Source: an uncultured Gilliamella sp. (GTDB taxonomy: Bacteria; Pseudomonadota; Gammaproteobacteria; Enterobacterales; Orbaceae). Taken from it: 64,000 nt of DNA. The translations under genes were made by a program, and so were the position numbers. Below are positions 1-11,300 of the stretch, piece after piece (the first letter of the stretch is position 1; each line of letters opens with the position of its first letter). Under the pieces are notes generated by a model. The model was not told the DNA's origin, made no database searches, and saw only the letters and a program-made list of their open reading frames with translations. The stretch covers positions 12,364-76,363 of the forward strand of contig CAMLIK010000001.1 of NCBI GenBank assembly GCA_946480175.1. The letters run 5' to 3'.

Positions 1-1
1 T

Positions 2-379
2 GAACAACGAGTCACCAAAGCTATCCAATTTTCTGCTAAAAACAGGTTATTGCGTTACAGTTTAATGCCAATGTTATCTGTTTTAATGTTGACTAACCCA
101 ATGGCTTATACTTTTGGTCGTTTTGTTAAAGAAGAACAAAAACCGGCTTTTTATGATTCGGTAGTCTCATTTTTGCACCCTGTAACCGGTTTGTTCCCTT
201 ATGCCAATGCCGGTGAGTTATTTGTATTTCTAGGCATTGCCAATGGTGTGATGGATGCTGGTTATAACATTTCAAGTCTTTCAGTACGCTACTTTTTGGC
301 GGGCATTATCATTATTTTAATGCGTGGTGTTATCACTGAAATGATCACCAGATTCTTGATACGTAAAGAAAAACTGTAG
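2..379 (+). CDS. srlA: PTS glucitol/sorbitol-family EIIC component (5'-truncated by window edge)
   Basis: Frame is open from base 2; motif TNPMAYTFGRF...HPVTGLFPYANAGELFV typical of SrlA; followed by IIBC and IIA genes. Confidence 0.85.
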   Translation, partial: EQRVTKAIQFSAKNRLLRYSLMPMLSVLMLTNPMAYTFGRFVKEEQKPAFYDSVVSFLHPVTGLFPYANAGELFVFLGIANGVMDAGYNISSLSVRYFLAGIIIILMRGVITEMITRFLIRKEKL

Positions 380-391
380 GAGAGTGATGTT

Positions 392-1420
392 ATGTATAAA
401 ACAATTTTTATCGAGAGAGGCCAAGGTGGCTGGGGAGCAGGTTTTTCTTTAACCCCAACGGCAGAAAAACATAAGATACTGTCTGTGACTGGCGGTGGTA
501 TTCATCCAGTTGCGCAAAAAATTGCTGAACTCTCCGGCGGTGAAGCGGTAGATGGTTTTAAAAATGCCATTCCCGAAAATGAAATTTTGTGCGCAATTAT
601 AGATTGTGGTGGTACCGCGCGAATTGGTGTTTATCCAATGAAAAAAATTCCTACCATTGATGTTATTCCATCAGCACCGACAGGTCCTTTAGCAAAACAT
701 ATTACTGAAGATATTTTTGTTTCAGGAGTGAAACCGCAAAACATACTACTATCAGAGGGTAATAATGAACAATCAACGACATCTACGCAGGATGAACAGC
801 TTCAAACACAAACGGGGAAAGATCCACTTTTGGATCGCGAAAAATTCAAAGAAAAATATGCTCAAATAAAGCAAGAACATCATCAAAATCAAAAAGAAGG
901 TTTATTGATAAAATTATCTCGAGGAATAGGTAAAGCAATGGGAATCTTTTATCAAGCCGGTCGTGATTCGACGGATATGTTAATTAAAAATATTATTCCT
1001 TTTATGGCATTTATTAGCATGCTTATAGGTATTATTAATTACACCGGTATCGGCCAGATTATAGCTACCACCTTGTCACCTTTAGCTGGTTCAATATGGG
1101 GGATGATGGTAATTGCGTTCATTTGTAGCTTACCATTTCTATCCCCAATTCTTGGACCAGGAGCGGTTATAGCTCAAGTTATTGGGGTCTTGATTGGTTC
1201 ACAAATTGCAATTGGTGCAATACCAGTTGCTTATGCACTACCTGCGTTATTTGCGATTAATGCGCAGGCTGGGTGTGACTTTATTCCGGTTGGCTTGTCT
1301 TTAGGAGAAGCCGAACCTAAAACCATTCAATTTGGCGTACCAGCAGTACTCTATAGCCGTATGCTAACCGGGATATTAGCTGTGGTTGTTGCATGGGTAA
1401 TGAGTTTTGGAATGTATTAA
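392..1420 (+). CDS. srlE: PTS glucitol/sorbitol-family EIIBC component
   Basis: GGWG, VTGGG, IDCGGTARIGVYP (phospho-Cys) and LSPILGPGAVIAQVIG motifs. Confidence 0.9.
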   Translation: MYKTIFIERGQGGWGAGFSLTPTAEKHKILSVTGGGIHPVAQKIAELSGGEAVDGFKNAIPENEILCAIIDCGGTARIGVYPMKKIPTIDVIPSAPTGPLAKHITEDIFVSGVKPQNILLSEGNNEQSTTSTQDEQLQTQTGKDPLLDREKFKEKYAQIKQEHHQNQKEGLLIKLSRGIGKAMGIFYQAGRDSTDMLIKNIIPFMAFISMLIGIINYTGIGQIIATTLSPLAGSIWGMMVIAFICSLPFLSPILGPGAVIAQVIGVLIGSQIAIGAIPVAYALPALFAINAQAGCDFIPVGLSLGEAEPKTIQFGVPAVLYSRMLTGILAVVVAWVMSFGMY

Positions 1421-1438
1421 ATATTAAAAGGATTAATT

Positions 1439-1792
1439 ATGGCAAAGAGTACCATTACTGAAATTGGTTCTATTGTTTCAGAATTCAAAGAAGAAAAAGT
1501 GATTATTTTATTTGGTCCAATGGCAACACCTGATTTACGTGAAATTTGTGTGATACATGAGTTTCATAAAAAGCCTAATCAAACATTAGTTGCGGGTAAA
1601 GAATTCAGACTAGGTAGACATAAATATACCATCAAAAAGGTTGGTAGTGAGGCTAATAGAAACTTTGAAGAATTAGGGCATATTTCTATCTATTTTAAAT
1701 TAAGTGATGATGGCACCTTGCCAGGTGCCATAGAAGTTGAACCAGCTGTTTTTCCTGAATTAAATATTGGTGATGATATTTGTTTTGAGTGA
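1439..1792 (+). CDS. srlB: PTS glucitol/sorbitol-family EIIA component
   Basis: 117 aa with VGSEANRNFEELGH and LPG motifs; operon position. Confidence 0.85.
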   Translation: MAKSTITEIGSIVSEFKEEKVIILFGPMATPDLREICVIHEFHKKPNQTLVAGKEFRLGRHKYTIKKVGSEANRNFEELGHISIYFKLSDDGTLPGAIEVEPAVFPELNIGDDICFE

Positions 1793-1857
1793 TAGATGGT
1801 AATTAATGGATTAATCTATAGGGATATTGTTATTTTTCAGCAATACTAAATGTAAAA

Positions 1858-1883
1858 ACCATCACTATTAATTTAGTGATGGT
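1858..1883. terminator. Probable bidirectional terminator
   Basis: ACCATCACTA-N6-TAGTGATGGT between convergent genes. Confidence 0.6.
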
Positions 1884-1912
1884 ATAGTAATTTTTAACTA
1901 AAAATTGATTAT

Positions 1913-3484
1913 TTAAAATGGATTAGGATCTTTTTTCAAATTATCAAATGGATATAGTTTGTTTTTCCAATCTTTGATTTGAATATTCTTTTGTTCTGGT
2001 ATATCAGTCAAATCATATTGCATATAATCATGTTGGACATTCAATTGAATCCCCATCCAATGACTTAATAAATAAACGAATTGATAACCTGAAATTTGTT
2101 TATTAATTTTAATTTGATTGGTTTCACCTGAATCAAAAAATATCAATGGCACTTGAAAACTATTTTGATATTCCCAATTGTGTCTTAAGTCTTGATATTG
2201 TTCAGTGTGCGAAAGCCCATGATCTGCAAAGTAAACTACAGAGTAATCTTCATTATGTTTTTTTAATATCTCTACTGTTGATTTTATCAAGTCATCCGTT
2301 TCTTTAATGCTACTGACATAACAGGAAACGTTTTTATTGTTAAGATCAAATTGCACATCAAACTGTAGTCTTTTACAAAAATGAGGATGGGAACCGATTA
2401 AGTGCATAACAATAAGTTTAGGTTTATCGTGCTGTTGCGTTAATAAGGAATCTAATTCAGGTAAAAGTAAAGTATCGTATTTACCGCGGGATGATTTACC
2501 ATTGTATTCGCCTTTTTTGGTATAGAAGATATTCTTACTATAAGCTGTAATTCTCGGTATCGTTATTTCCATTCTACCTAATTTTCCTTGATTAGATAGC
2601 CAATAGGTTTCAAATCCCGCATCATTAGCAATAGTAATAATATTATTATTTAATTGGGCATTGACTTCACGATTATCTAAATAACTAGATTGACTAATTA
2701 AATGCGGAATTGAAGATTGGGTGTTTGATGCGGGAGCGATTAATCCATCCCAAATTAATGAGGCATTATTATCGGTAAAAGGGGTATTGTTATATTTAAA
2801 GCCATAAGCACTCATATAATCTTTACGAACACTTTCACCAATGATAACAACATAAGTTTTATGTTGAGGATTTACGGAAACAATTGATATTGTATTAGTT
2901 TGTTGTAGTTGCTTAAGCTGTTCTTGTTTTTCCGTTAGATATATTTTTATACTTGAATATAAATCCAGACAAAATTCAAAAAAAGGATATTTAAAATTAT
3001 CTAATACGGTTGTTGTGATTCTAGTCAATGTAGTTGGTTGATATTTTATGACTCCTTTGACTGGTCTATAAAGACAGATAAGTAATGCTATAGCAATAAT
3101 GTAATAATTTCCTTTTTTAGGAAATTGAAATTTTTTAAAAAAAAGAATAAAACTTATGACCAATAATAATGGTATAAAATAAAAGTAAAGGGGTAATTGC
3201 GAACAAAATTCTTGTATTTCATCAATATCAGTTTCTGATACTGCACTTACCACAGCAACATTGGGACTTCCATAATAAAATCCTATCGGAAAATAAAGTG
3301 CGGCAATAACAAATAATAATCCTAATAAAAAACGGAAAAATGTGAATCTAGCTAAAAAAATTAGAGAAAAATAAGTAAGTAGTATTCTATCAAATCTTTG
3401 TGGGTAACCTAATAAGTAAACTAATAAAACAGAAAGACCGATACAAACAATATGTGAAAATAATTCTTTTTTGATAAATATCAC
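1913..3484 (-). CDS. Phosphoethanolamine transferase (EptA/YbiP/YhbX-like, sulfatase fold)
   Basis: N-terminal TM helices; VIIGESVRKDYMSAYG, putative catalytic Thr (SNTQSS), HLIGSH and FADHG motifs. Confidence 0.8.
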   Translation of the reverse strand: MIFIKKELFSHIVCIGLSVLLVYLLGYPQRFDRILLTYFSLIFLARFTFFRFLLGLLFVIAALYFPIGFYYGSPNVAVVSAVSETDIDEIQEFCSQLPLYFYFIPLLLVISFILFFKKFQFPKKGNYYIIAIALLICLYRPVKGVIKYQPTTLTRITTTVLDNFKYPFFEFCLDLYSSIKIYLTEKQEQLKQLQQTNTISIVSVNPQHKTYVVIIGESVRKDYMSAYGFKYNNTPFTDNNASLIWDGLIAPASNTQSSIPHLISQSSYLDNREVNAQLNNNIITIANDAGFETYWLSNQGKLGRMEITIPRITAYSKNIFYTKKGEYNGKSSRGKYDTLLLPELDSLLTQQHDKPKLIVMHLIGSHPHFCKRLQFDVQFDLNNKNVSCYVSSIKETDDLIKSTVEILKKHNEDYSVVYFADHGLSHTEQYQDLRHNWEYQNSFQVPLIFFDSGETNQIKINKQISGYQFVYLLSHWMGIQLNVQHDYMQYDLTDIPEQKNIQIKDWKNKLYPFDNLKKDPNPF

Positions 3485-3689
3485 GAAAACAAATCCATGT
3501 TAAAACAATAAGTTAAAAAGTTAGAAAATTATATAAATAATGAAATTTTATGCAATATAAATTTAGGCTAATTTTTTTATTGTGATAATTAATAAGTTAT
3601 AATTGATTATAATTATTAAGATTTTCAGATAAAATAGTCGCCAAACTTTCAATATTTTTTGATAAATTTGGCGAGGAATTTTGTTTTTA

Positions 3690-5078
3690 TTATCTTGAGG
3701 CTATTTTTAATATCATATCTTGCGGTAGTTTTTGAATGTAGACCATTCTAGCAATAAGTAAGAAGGCGGCTACAGCTAGTCCTAATATAATTCCTATCCA
3801 AAAACCAGCTGCGCCAATTGGCTTCATAACAAGATCGGTTAATCCTAAGATATATCCAACCGGTAATCCGACTCCCCAATAAGAGATTAGGGTAATAAAA
3901 AAGATGCTTTTAGTATCTTTATAACCACGTAATACATTACTTGCTACGACTTGCAAATAATCTGATGCTTGATAGATGGCAAGTAAAATAATAAGTTGTA
4001 GGCAAATAGCTATAACATCAATCTCATGGGTAAAGATGGTAATAATTGGTGATCTGAAAATGACCAAAATTAATGCGATTACGACGGCTATCATAAACGA
4101 TATTGCTAAGCTTATATAAGCAGTTTGTTTGGCTAATATCGGCTCATTTTTACCTAATAAGTAACCGACACGGATACTGGTTGCAACACCTAACGATAAT
4201 GGTATGGCAAAAGTTAAACTGCTAATTGTAAAGATAATTTGGTGTGCAGCGACGGTTATTTGGCCAAGTGGCGCAATAAATAACGCGACCACTGCAAACA
4301 AGCTCATTTCAAAAAAATAGGCTAATGCAAGAGGGGTACCTAGCACAACTATTTTCTTGATGATAGCGAAATCAATGAGTTTTGTTACTGGTGTTTTACG
4401 AATATCGCGCTGACTAGCTGCAGTTAAAGTATATATTCGGATTAAGCCAAACATCAGCCAGAAAATTATTGCTGCGGTTATACCACATCCCACACCACCA
4501 AAAGCTGGCAATCCTAATTTGCCATAAATTAGCACATAGTTAATTGGAATATTGGCTAGTAATGCAATGAATATAATAACCATAGCCGGTTTGGTATTAG
4601 ATAAACCTTCACATTGATTACGATAAACTAAAAATAGTAAGAATGCTGGAACACCCCACATAATTGCGCGTAAAAATGAAACCGCTACCTCAACCATTTC
4701 GGGATCAATAGGATGATCGCTTGAGCTTCTTAAACTAATTATTTTGTCCGAATTATACAAAACGAGCATCATAATAACGGATAAGATTAAAGCAATCACC
4801 ACTCCTTGACGAGTCTGATCGGCTACTTGTTCACGTTTGGCTGCACCATTTAGGTTAGAGATTATAGGGGTTAAAACCGTTAATAATCCTTGGCCAAACA
4901 AAACAGTAGGCAACCAAATTGATACAGCAATAGCTACCCCCGAAAGAGCAGTTTTGCTGTAATTACCCGCCATAATGGTGTCAACAAACGTAATTGCTGT
5001 TTGCGATATTTGTGCAATCATGACCGGTATAGCCAAAGTAATCAAGTTTTTTATTTCGTGTCGATAATGTAGTTTCAT
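3690..5078 (-). CDS. mdtK: MATE family efflux transporter (NorM/MdtK-like)
   Basis: About 12 TM segments; FVDTIMAG and LRGYKDTK motifs. Confidence 0.85.
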   Translation of the reverse strand: MKLHYRHEIKNLITLAIPVMIAQISQTAITFVDTIMAGNYSKTALSGVAIAVSIWLPTVLFGQGLLTVLTPIISNLNGAAKREQVADQTRQGVVIALILSVIMMLVLYNSDKIISLRSSSDHPIDPEMVEVAVSFLRAIMWGVPAFLLFLVYRNQCEGLSNTKPAMVIIFIALLANIPINYVLIYGKLGLPAFGGVGCGITAAIIFWLMFGLIRIYTLTAASQRDIRKTPVTKLIDFAIIKKIVVLGTPLALAYFFEMSLFAVVALFIAPLGQITVAAHQIIFTISSLTFAIPLSLGVATSIRVGYLLGKNEPILAKQTAYISLAISFMIAVVIALILVIFRSPIITIFTHEIDVIAICLQLIILLAIYQASDYLQVVASNVLRGYKDTKSIFFITLISYWGVGLPVGYILGLTDLVMKPIGAAGFWIGIILGLAVAAFLLIARMVYIQKLPQDMILKIASR

Positions 5079-5087
5079 TGGATTTAT

Positions 5088-6410
5088 TTACTGTTTTACA
5101 GTACCCCATAAATCATATTCATCCGAATGTTCGATTTTGACTTGAACAATATCGCCGACTTTAACATTTTCCTCTTCATTCAAATAGACAACACCATCTA
5201 TTTCTGGCGCGTCGGCCATGCTTCGTCCGATAGCACCTTCTTTATCCACTTCATCAATCAAAACAGATAATGTTTTACCAATTTTATTTTGTAGTTTTTG
5301 GGTCGAAATCGTTTGTTGTAATTTCATAAAACGATGGAAGCGTTCTTGTTTTATCGCCTCTGGTATCTGATCTGCTAATTGATTTGCCGCCGCACCTTCA
5401 ACAGGACTATAAGGGAAGCAACCTACGCGATCTAATTGCGCTTTTTCTAAAAAGTCGAGTAATAACTCAAAATCTTGCTCAGTTTCACCCGGATAACCAA
5501 CAATAAAGGTTGAACGCAAAGTAATTTCCGGGCAAATTTCACGCCAATGATGAATTCGTTCCAAAGTTCTTTCAATTGAACCAGGACGTTTCATTGATTT
5601 TAAAACGGTAGGGCTGGCATGCTGTAATGGAACATCTAAATAAGGTAAGATTTTTCCATCAGCCATTAATGGAATCAAATTGTCGACACTAGGATAAGGA
5701 TACATATAATGTAGTCGTACCCATATTCCAAGAGTAGATAACTGTTCACAAAGGGTATGAATATCAGTTTTTAACGGCATACCATTCCAAAAGTTGGTGC
5801 GATTGTTTATATCTATACCATAAGCAGAAGTATCTTGAGCAATAACCAAAAGCTCTTTCACACCACTATCAACCAAACGTTTTGCCTCATCAAGTACATT
5901 ACCGATAGGGCGACTAACCATTTCTCCTCGTAAAGAAGGGATGATACAAAATGTACAACTGTGGTTACAACCTTCAGATATTTTTAAATAAGCATAATGT
6001 TTCGGAGTTAATTTAACCCCTTGTTGTGGCACTAGGCTAGTAAATGGATTATAGTTAGGTTTAGGTGCATATTTATTAACATGTTCAAGTACTACTTCGT
6101 AACTATGTGGTCCTGATATCTCAAGGACTTTAGGATGAACATTTCGAATTTGATCCTCTTTCGCACCAAGACAACCGGTCACAATCACTTTACCATTTTC
6201 GGTTAGCGCTTCACCGATGGCTTCTAATGATTCTTGCACCGCACTATCAATAAAGCCACAAGTATTAACAATAACTAAATCAGCATTGTCATAATTCGGT
6301 ACAACTTGATAACCTTGAGTACGCAGTTCAGTTAAAATTCGCTCAGAGTCAACTAGATTTTTAGGACAACCAAGGCTCACAAATCCAATAGTAGGGGATG
6401 ACATATTCAT
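5088..6410 (-). CDS. rimO: Ribosomal protein S12 methylthiotransferase
   Basis: [12 protein letters not shown], radical [12 protein letters not shown]-terminal TRAM domain. Confidence 0.97.
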   Translation of the reverse strand: MNMSSPTIGFVSLGCPKNLVDSERILTELRTQGYQVVPNYDNADLVIVNTCGFIDSAVQESLEAIGEALTENGKVIVTGCLGAKEDQIRNVHPKVLEISGPHSYEVVLEHVNKYAPKPNYNPFTSLVPQQGVKLTPKHYAYLKISEGCNHSCTFCIIPSLRGEMVSRPIGNVLDEAKRLVDSGVKELLVIAQDTSAYGIDINNRTNFWNGMPLKTDIHTLCEQLSTLGIWVRLHYMYPYPSVDNLIPLMADGKILPYLDVPLQHASPTVLKSMKRPGSIERTLERIHHWREICPEITLRSTFIVGYPGETEQDFELLLDFLEKAQLDRVGCFPYSPVEGAAANQLADQIPEAIKQERFHRFMKLQQTISTQKLQNKIGKTLSVLIDEVDKEGAIGRSMADAPEIDGVVYLNEEENVKVGDIVQVKIEHSDEYDLWGTVKQ

Positions 6411-6631
6411 AGTAATTTTAGTAATTTCAAAATTTATTGGGGTATTTATCGAGAATCTAACGATCTATCAAATTAGATTAAGACAATAGGTGAGTATTTT
6501 AACACATTTAAATTGATCGAAATAAAAATTTTTAGTTAGTTGTGGTCAATATCTATGGAATCAAATTAAAGAAGCCCTTATATGAATAAAGGCTTGAATT
6601 ATTATAGGAAGTTAATTTAGGATAAAAGAGG

Positions 6632-7546
6632 TTATTTTAATGCATTTATTACTTCATCTATTTGTCTATCTAGACTTTCAGCGCCGCCACCTGATAAGTA
6701 CCAAAGATCTGGTGTTAAATAGATAACTTCAGTTTTGCTTTTAGCTAACAATGCTGGATTAAAGTAACTATTTTTCATTGCTGATTGACCGATGGCTTTA
6801 CTTCTATCAACTACATAAATAATATCTGGTTTAACTCTACTGATATAACTGTTATCAATAAAGGTTGGTTTCGGTTTACCATTTGTGGGTTTTGGGGCTA
6901 ATGGTACAGCACGTTTTACTTTTAACACATCATGAATTAATGCTGCGCTTGAACTTCCATTAATTAGAATCATTTTACCGTCATTATGAATAGCTACAAT
7001 TGCTTTTTTATGACTTGCTTTAGCAACAGCTTGAGCATTAGTAACTTTTACATCAAGTGATTGAATTAAATTTCTAGCTTTTTCTTCTGTACCTGTAATA
7101 TTTGCTAAAACATTGATATGGTTTTTGGTTGATTCAAGGTAATTTTTTGCATCAACACTTAAATTAATTACCGGTGCAATTTTAGATAATTGTTCAGTTC
7201 GACTCGCTTGACGACCATCAATGATGATAAGTTGTGGCTTAGCTTGTTTGATTGCATCAATGTTTGGTTCTTTCATGTTACCTGTATCGGTGATTCTTGT
7301 ACTCTTGTATTGTTCAAGATAAGAAGGAAGAACAGAAAGAGGTGTTCCTATAACAATCGAACCTTTACCTAATGCATCTAAAGTATCTAAAGCACCATAA
7401 TTCATCACCACAATTTTATTAGGTGATTTTGGCACAACAACTGATTGTTTATTGTCTGGATTTACTGTAATTGATGATTGACAACCAGTCAAACCTAACA
7501 TTAATGCTGCTAAAGTACTCAATAATAGTTTTTTTTTGGTATTCAT
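6632..7546 (-). CDS. Siderophore ABC transporter substrate-binding lipoprotein (CeuE/YclQ-like)
   Basis: Lipobox LTGC; VPKSPNKIVV, EPN, VVDR and LWYLSGGG motifs; divergent from a TonB-dependent receptor. Confidence 0.8.
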   Translation of the reverse strand: MNTKKKLLLSTLAALMLGLTGCQSSITVNPDNKQSVVVPKSPNKIVVMNYGALDTLDALGKGSIVIGTPLSVLPSYLEQYKSTRITDTGNMKEPNIDAIKQAKPQLIIIDGRQASRTEQLSKIAPVINLSVDAKNYLESTKNHINVLANITGTEEKARNLIQSLDVKVTNAQAVAKASHKKAIVAIHNDGKMILINGSSSAALIHDVLKVKRAVPLAPKPTNGKPKPTFIDNSYISRVKPDIIYVVDRSKAIGQSAMKNSYFNPALLAKSKTEVIYLTPDLWYLSGGGAESLDRQIDEVINALK

Positions 7547-7568
7547 AATTAGTTCCTATATGTTTGAT

Positions 7569-7651
7569 GCAAATGATAACTATTATTGTTTAAGGTATTA
7601 TAATTGTCTAGTAATAAATAATTTTCAGTAAAGATATTGATAATTATTCTC
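7569..7651. promoter_or_regulatory. Two Fur boxes in the divergent promoter region
   Basis: GCAAATGATAACTATTATT (7569-7587, 14/19) and GATATTGATAATTATTCTC (7633-7651, 16/19) against GATAATGATAATCATTATC. Confidence 0.75.
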
Positions 7652-7653
7652 AT

Positions 7654-9690
7654 ATGATATATTGTTGCCTGCGGGTTGCTTTGCAAAATATCAATATAAT
7701 TAATAGGGTTATATCAATGAGTACAAAGTTTAAGTTGGTTACACATGTCTTAAATACAAGTATTTTATTATCATTATCTGGTTTAGCCATGGCAGCTGAT
7801 GATAAAAATACTGATACTATGGTGGTGACAGCATCAGGATTTTCTCAACAAATTAAGGAAGCTCCAGCAACAATTTCGGTGATCACGCCGGAAGAAATTA
7901 GCAAAAAACCTTATCGTGATGTTACCGATGCTCTGAAAGACATTCCTGGTGTCACAATAACTGGTGGCGGCGATTCGACCGATATTAGTATTCGTGGTAT
8001 GGATGCTAAATATACATTATTATTAATTGATGGAAAGAAAGTTAGTACTCGTGAAACTAGACCAAATAGTGATAATTCTGGTTTCGAACAAGGCTGGTTA
8101 CCTCCATTAACCATTATTGAGCGTATAGAGGTTGTCCGTGGACCTATGTCTTCTCTATATGGTTCAGATGCTATGGGTGGGGTAGTTAATATCATTACTA
8201 AAAAAGTGTCCAACAAATGGCACGGTGGTTTAAGGGTTGAATCAATTGTGCCTTATCGTTCTGATGAGAAAAATACCTATGTAGGTAGTTTTTCAACGAT
8301 GGGACCAATTATTGACGATATTCTCGGTATTCAATTATATGGCCAATACACAAATCGTCATGAAGATGAGTTTTTAAATGGTCATTCTGGACAGAAATTA
8401 CGCAGCTTGAATGGTAAATTATCACTTAATGCTACAGATACTCAGACATTTGATCTTGATTTTGGACGCTCTTTACAAAACAGTAATGCTTCAGGTGGTA
8501 AAACAAGACCAGTTAATCGCGGTGATTTTAATAGAGATAACCGTCGCAACTCTTTTGCTTTAACGCATAATGGTTTATTTGGCGATATATCAACGACATC
8601 CTTTATTTCTCATGAAGGTAATAATAATCCTGAAAGAAAAATGAAAATTCGTAATACTAACGTTGACTCACGTATGACAATTCCTTTCTCGATTAATATG
8701 TTAACTGCTGGTGGAGCATATACTTATCAAGAACTTCATGATAAAGGTAATCAGTTAAACAAAACTCTAACAAAAATTGATCGTTGGAGTTATGCATTAT
8801 TTGCTGAGGATGAAATAAGTATTTTTGATAACTGGAGTATAACGGCTGGTTTGCGTTATAACAAAGATGAAAATTATGGTAGCAACTGGAATCCAAGAGT
8901 TTATAGTGTCTGGAATATTGATGAGAACTTTACTTTAAAAGGTGGTTATTCAACTGGATTTGCAACACCACAACTACGCCAAGTTGTCTCAGATTGGGGA
9001 CAGGTTACAGGTGGATCTGGAACAGGTAATAAAGGAATGATAATGGGTAATCCCGATTTAAAACCTGAAAAAACGGATTCATTTGAAATAGGGGTTGGTT
9101 ATACCAATGATTATGGTATTGATGCATCTGCAACAGCTTTTTATACTAAATATAAAGATAAAATCCAGTCTTATTATATTTGTCGTGGTAATGCAGGATC
9201 AAGAAATTGCCAAATCAATGGTTATAGAGAAAAATTTGATTTTGTTCAAGGCCGTGAGAATGTGGATAAAGCAGATCTTAAAGGTTTAGAACTATCATTT
9301 AAAACACCATTGTTTACTGATTTCTTGCTAAGTTCTAACTATTCTTGGACTAAAACAGAACAAAAAACTGGTAAAAATAAAGGTAAACCTTTAAATCGTA
9401 CACCTAAGCAAAAATTCAATACCCAGCTTGATTGGAATCTAACCCAACAATTGGATTTATGGACTAAAGTTGCCTATTACGGCGTGGAAACAACTACGGA
9501 TCGTAGTGGTAAAAAAATTGAATATCCAGGTTATACTTTCTGGGATGTGGGTGCATCTTTCCAAATAAATCAAAATGCTAAAATTTATGGTGGCGTTTAT
9601 AACTTATTTGATAGAGATGTTTCTAACGATGACTTCGGTAAAACATTAGAAGGTCGTCGTTACTTTGTTGGTACAGAAATTAATTTCTAA
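7654..9690 (+). CDS. TonB-dependent receptor, CirA/IrgA-like (likely start ATG 7717)
   Basis: TonB box DTMVVTA, APATISVIT, plug motif IERIEVVRGPMSSLYGSDAMGGVVNIITKK, C-terminal Phe. Confidence 0.9.
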   Translation: MIYCCLRVALQNINIINRVISMSTKFKLVTHVLNTSILLSLSGLAMAADDKNTDTMVVTASGFSQQIKEAPATISVITPEEISKKPYRDVTDALKDIPGVTITGGGDSTDISIRGMDAKYTLLLIDGKKVSTRETRPNSDNSGFEQGWLPPLTIIERIEVVRGPMSSLYGSDAMGGVVNIITKKVSNKWHGGLRVESIVPYRSDEKNTYVGSFSTMGPIIDDILGIQLYGQYTNRHEDEFLNGHSGQKLRSLNGKLSLNATDTQTFDLDFGRSLQNSNASGGKTRPVNRGDFNRDNRRNSFALTHNGLFGDISTTSFISHEGNNNPERKMKIRNTNVDSRMTIPFSINMLTAGGAYTYQELHDKGNQLNKTLTKIDRWSYALFAEDEISIFDNWSITAGLRYNKDENYGSNWNPRVYSVWNIDENFTLKGGYSTGFATPQLRQVVSDWGQVTGGSGTGNKGMIMGNPDLKPEKTDSFEIGVGYTNDYGIDASATAFYTKYKDKIQSYYICRGNAGSRNCQINGYREKFDFVQGRENVDKADLKGLELSFKTPLFTDFLLSSNYSWTKTEQKTGKNKGKPLNRTPKQKFNTQLDWNLTQQLDLWTKVAYYGVETTTDRSGKKIEYPGYTFWDVGASFQINQNAKIYGGVYNLFDRDVSNDDFGKTLEGRRYFVGTEINF

Positions 9691-10395
9691 TATTTAAAAC
9701 TCATCAGGTATCTTGTATTTTAGCTACTTGATGAGACTATAGCTTACAAAGCTATTTTTCAAAATTATTATTAACAAAATAAATATGATTCTTATAAAAT
9801 TGTATGATAAATCAGAATCTATTTTATTTGAACCTTTCTAAAACACAATTTTTATCTTTGAATATTTCCAAATTAAAAAAATTTACAGCTTTATTTAGAA
9901 AATATAATTTTAAATAACAAGATATATATCACATCCAGTTAATTGTTTAGACGTTTAAAATATAATAACTGATCACATATCCATATAATTTTTATAGAAA
10001 TTATATGATATTTATCCTGAAAGATTAATTAATCAGTTTCAAATTTTTTTATTATGCAAAAAAGTTGAGGAACGGGGTTTTTGAGACTCAAAAATTAAGA
10101 AATTCTAATTTAATAACAGTATGATGTGTACAACTGTTTAATCTTTTGTTTTTTTGTTGTTCTTATGATCATTGTATAGTCTTTTTAAATCCACTTATTC
10201 ATTTATATTTTTCTATTATTATTTCAATTAATCAATTTTCTTATACATATATAACATTTTATTCATCCCGATTTGATCAAAACAAAATAAGTATTCAACG
10301 ATAAATATTTAGATCTTAGTCACAAAATTATCATAAAACCATTTTCGGAGTAAATTTATTGACTATAATTGAACAAAAGATAAATAACCAAACAT

Positions 10396-10794
10396 TTGTT
10401 CGGAGGTTTTATGATCAGTATTATATTAGTGTCTCATAGCAAGAAGATAACCGATGGGTTAAAAGAGATGATTGAGGAAATGGTTGATTCAACAGGGGAT
10501 GTGAAAATCTTTTCAGCTGGAGGTACACAAGATGGTCGTTTAGGAACAGACTCTGTCGCGATTTATAACATTATCAAAAAATCAAACCAACATAAGAATA
10601 TTCTTATTTTTGCAGATATTGGTAGTGCAATTTTAAGTACAGAAACCGCAATTGATCTTATTGAAGATGAAGAATTAAAAAGTAAAGTCACATTAGTGGA
10701 TGCACCATTAGTTGAAGGTGCTTTTGTTGCATCAATTCAAGCTATGGTTGATAACGATGTAGAAGGTATTTTAGCTGAGTTACAAAATATTTAG
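10396..10794 (+). CDS. dhaM: DhaM-like PTS EIIA phosphoryl donor (likely start ATG 10411)
   Basis: IILVSHS, AGGT..GRLGTD, ADIGSA and DAPLVEGA motifs; single domain. Confidence 0.85.
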   Translation: MFGGFMISIILVSHSKKITDGLKEMIEEMVDSTGDVKIFSAGGTQDGRLGTDSVAIYNIIKKSNQHKNILIFADIGSAILSTETAIDLIEDEELKSKVTLVDAPLVEGAFVASIQAMVDNDVEGILAELQNI

Positions 10795-10801
10795 AGAGAG
10801 A

Positions 10802-11287
10802 ATGGATATGAAATTTTTTCGAAGTTTTGTTGGTTATTGTATCGCGGGCATGATAGTGATGGCTGTTTGGTCACAATTAGGCACTTATGGCATTTTTGGT
10901 GGTTATCTTGCGGCGGTAATCATTATTGGGCCAATGTGGTATATGAATCATTACATTAATTTAACCGGTAACGAAGATGATGCTGCTTTCGTTGATATGG
11001 GATTAGCGATTGCTGTCTGCGGAATTATGAGAGATACCTTTATTCAGGGAGGCGATGCTTTTTCAACCTCTTTACCGACAATTTTATTAGTTGGTTGTGG
11101 CGCTGCTTTAGGTGGAATCACTGCAGCATTTATTGAAAAAGACATGGCCAAGAAAAAAGAGTTTGTTAATGAAAATCCTAGAGAACCAGGACTTAGACGT
11201 TCTGATTTTGAAAAATTAAAAGAAGCCAAAGAGAAAATTTTACGCGCTAAAAGAATTAAAATTTTTCAAAAAAAGAGTTCAATCTAG
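10802..11287 (+). CDS. Small membrane protein, Lin0368-like putative polyol/triose transporter subunit
   Basis: About 4 TM segments; GPMWYMNH and FVDMGLAI motifs; inside the dhaKLM cluster. Confidence 0.6.
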   Translation: MDMKFFRSFVGYCIAGMIVMAVWSQLGTYGIFGGYLAAVIIIGPMWYMNHYINLTGNEDDAAFVDMGLAIAVCGIMRDTFIQGGDAFSTSLPTILLVGCGAALGGITAAFIEKDMAKKKEFVNENPREPGLRRSDFEKLKEAKEKILRAKRIKIFQKKSSI

Positions 11288-11300
11288 GATTAAGGAGTGA

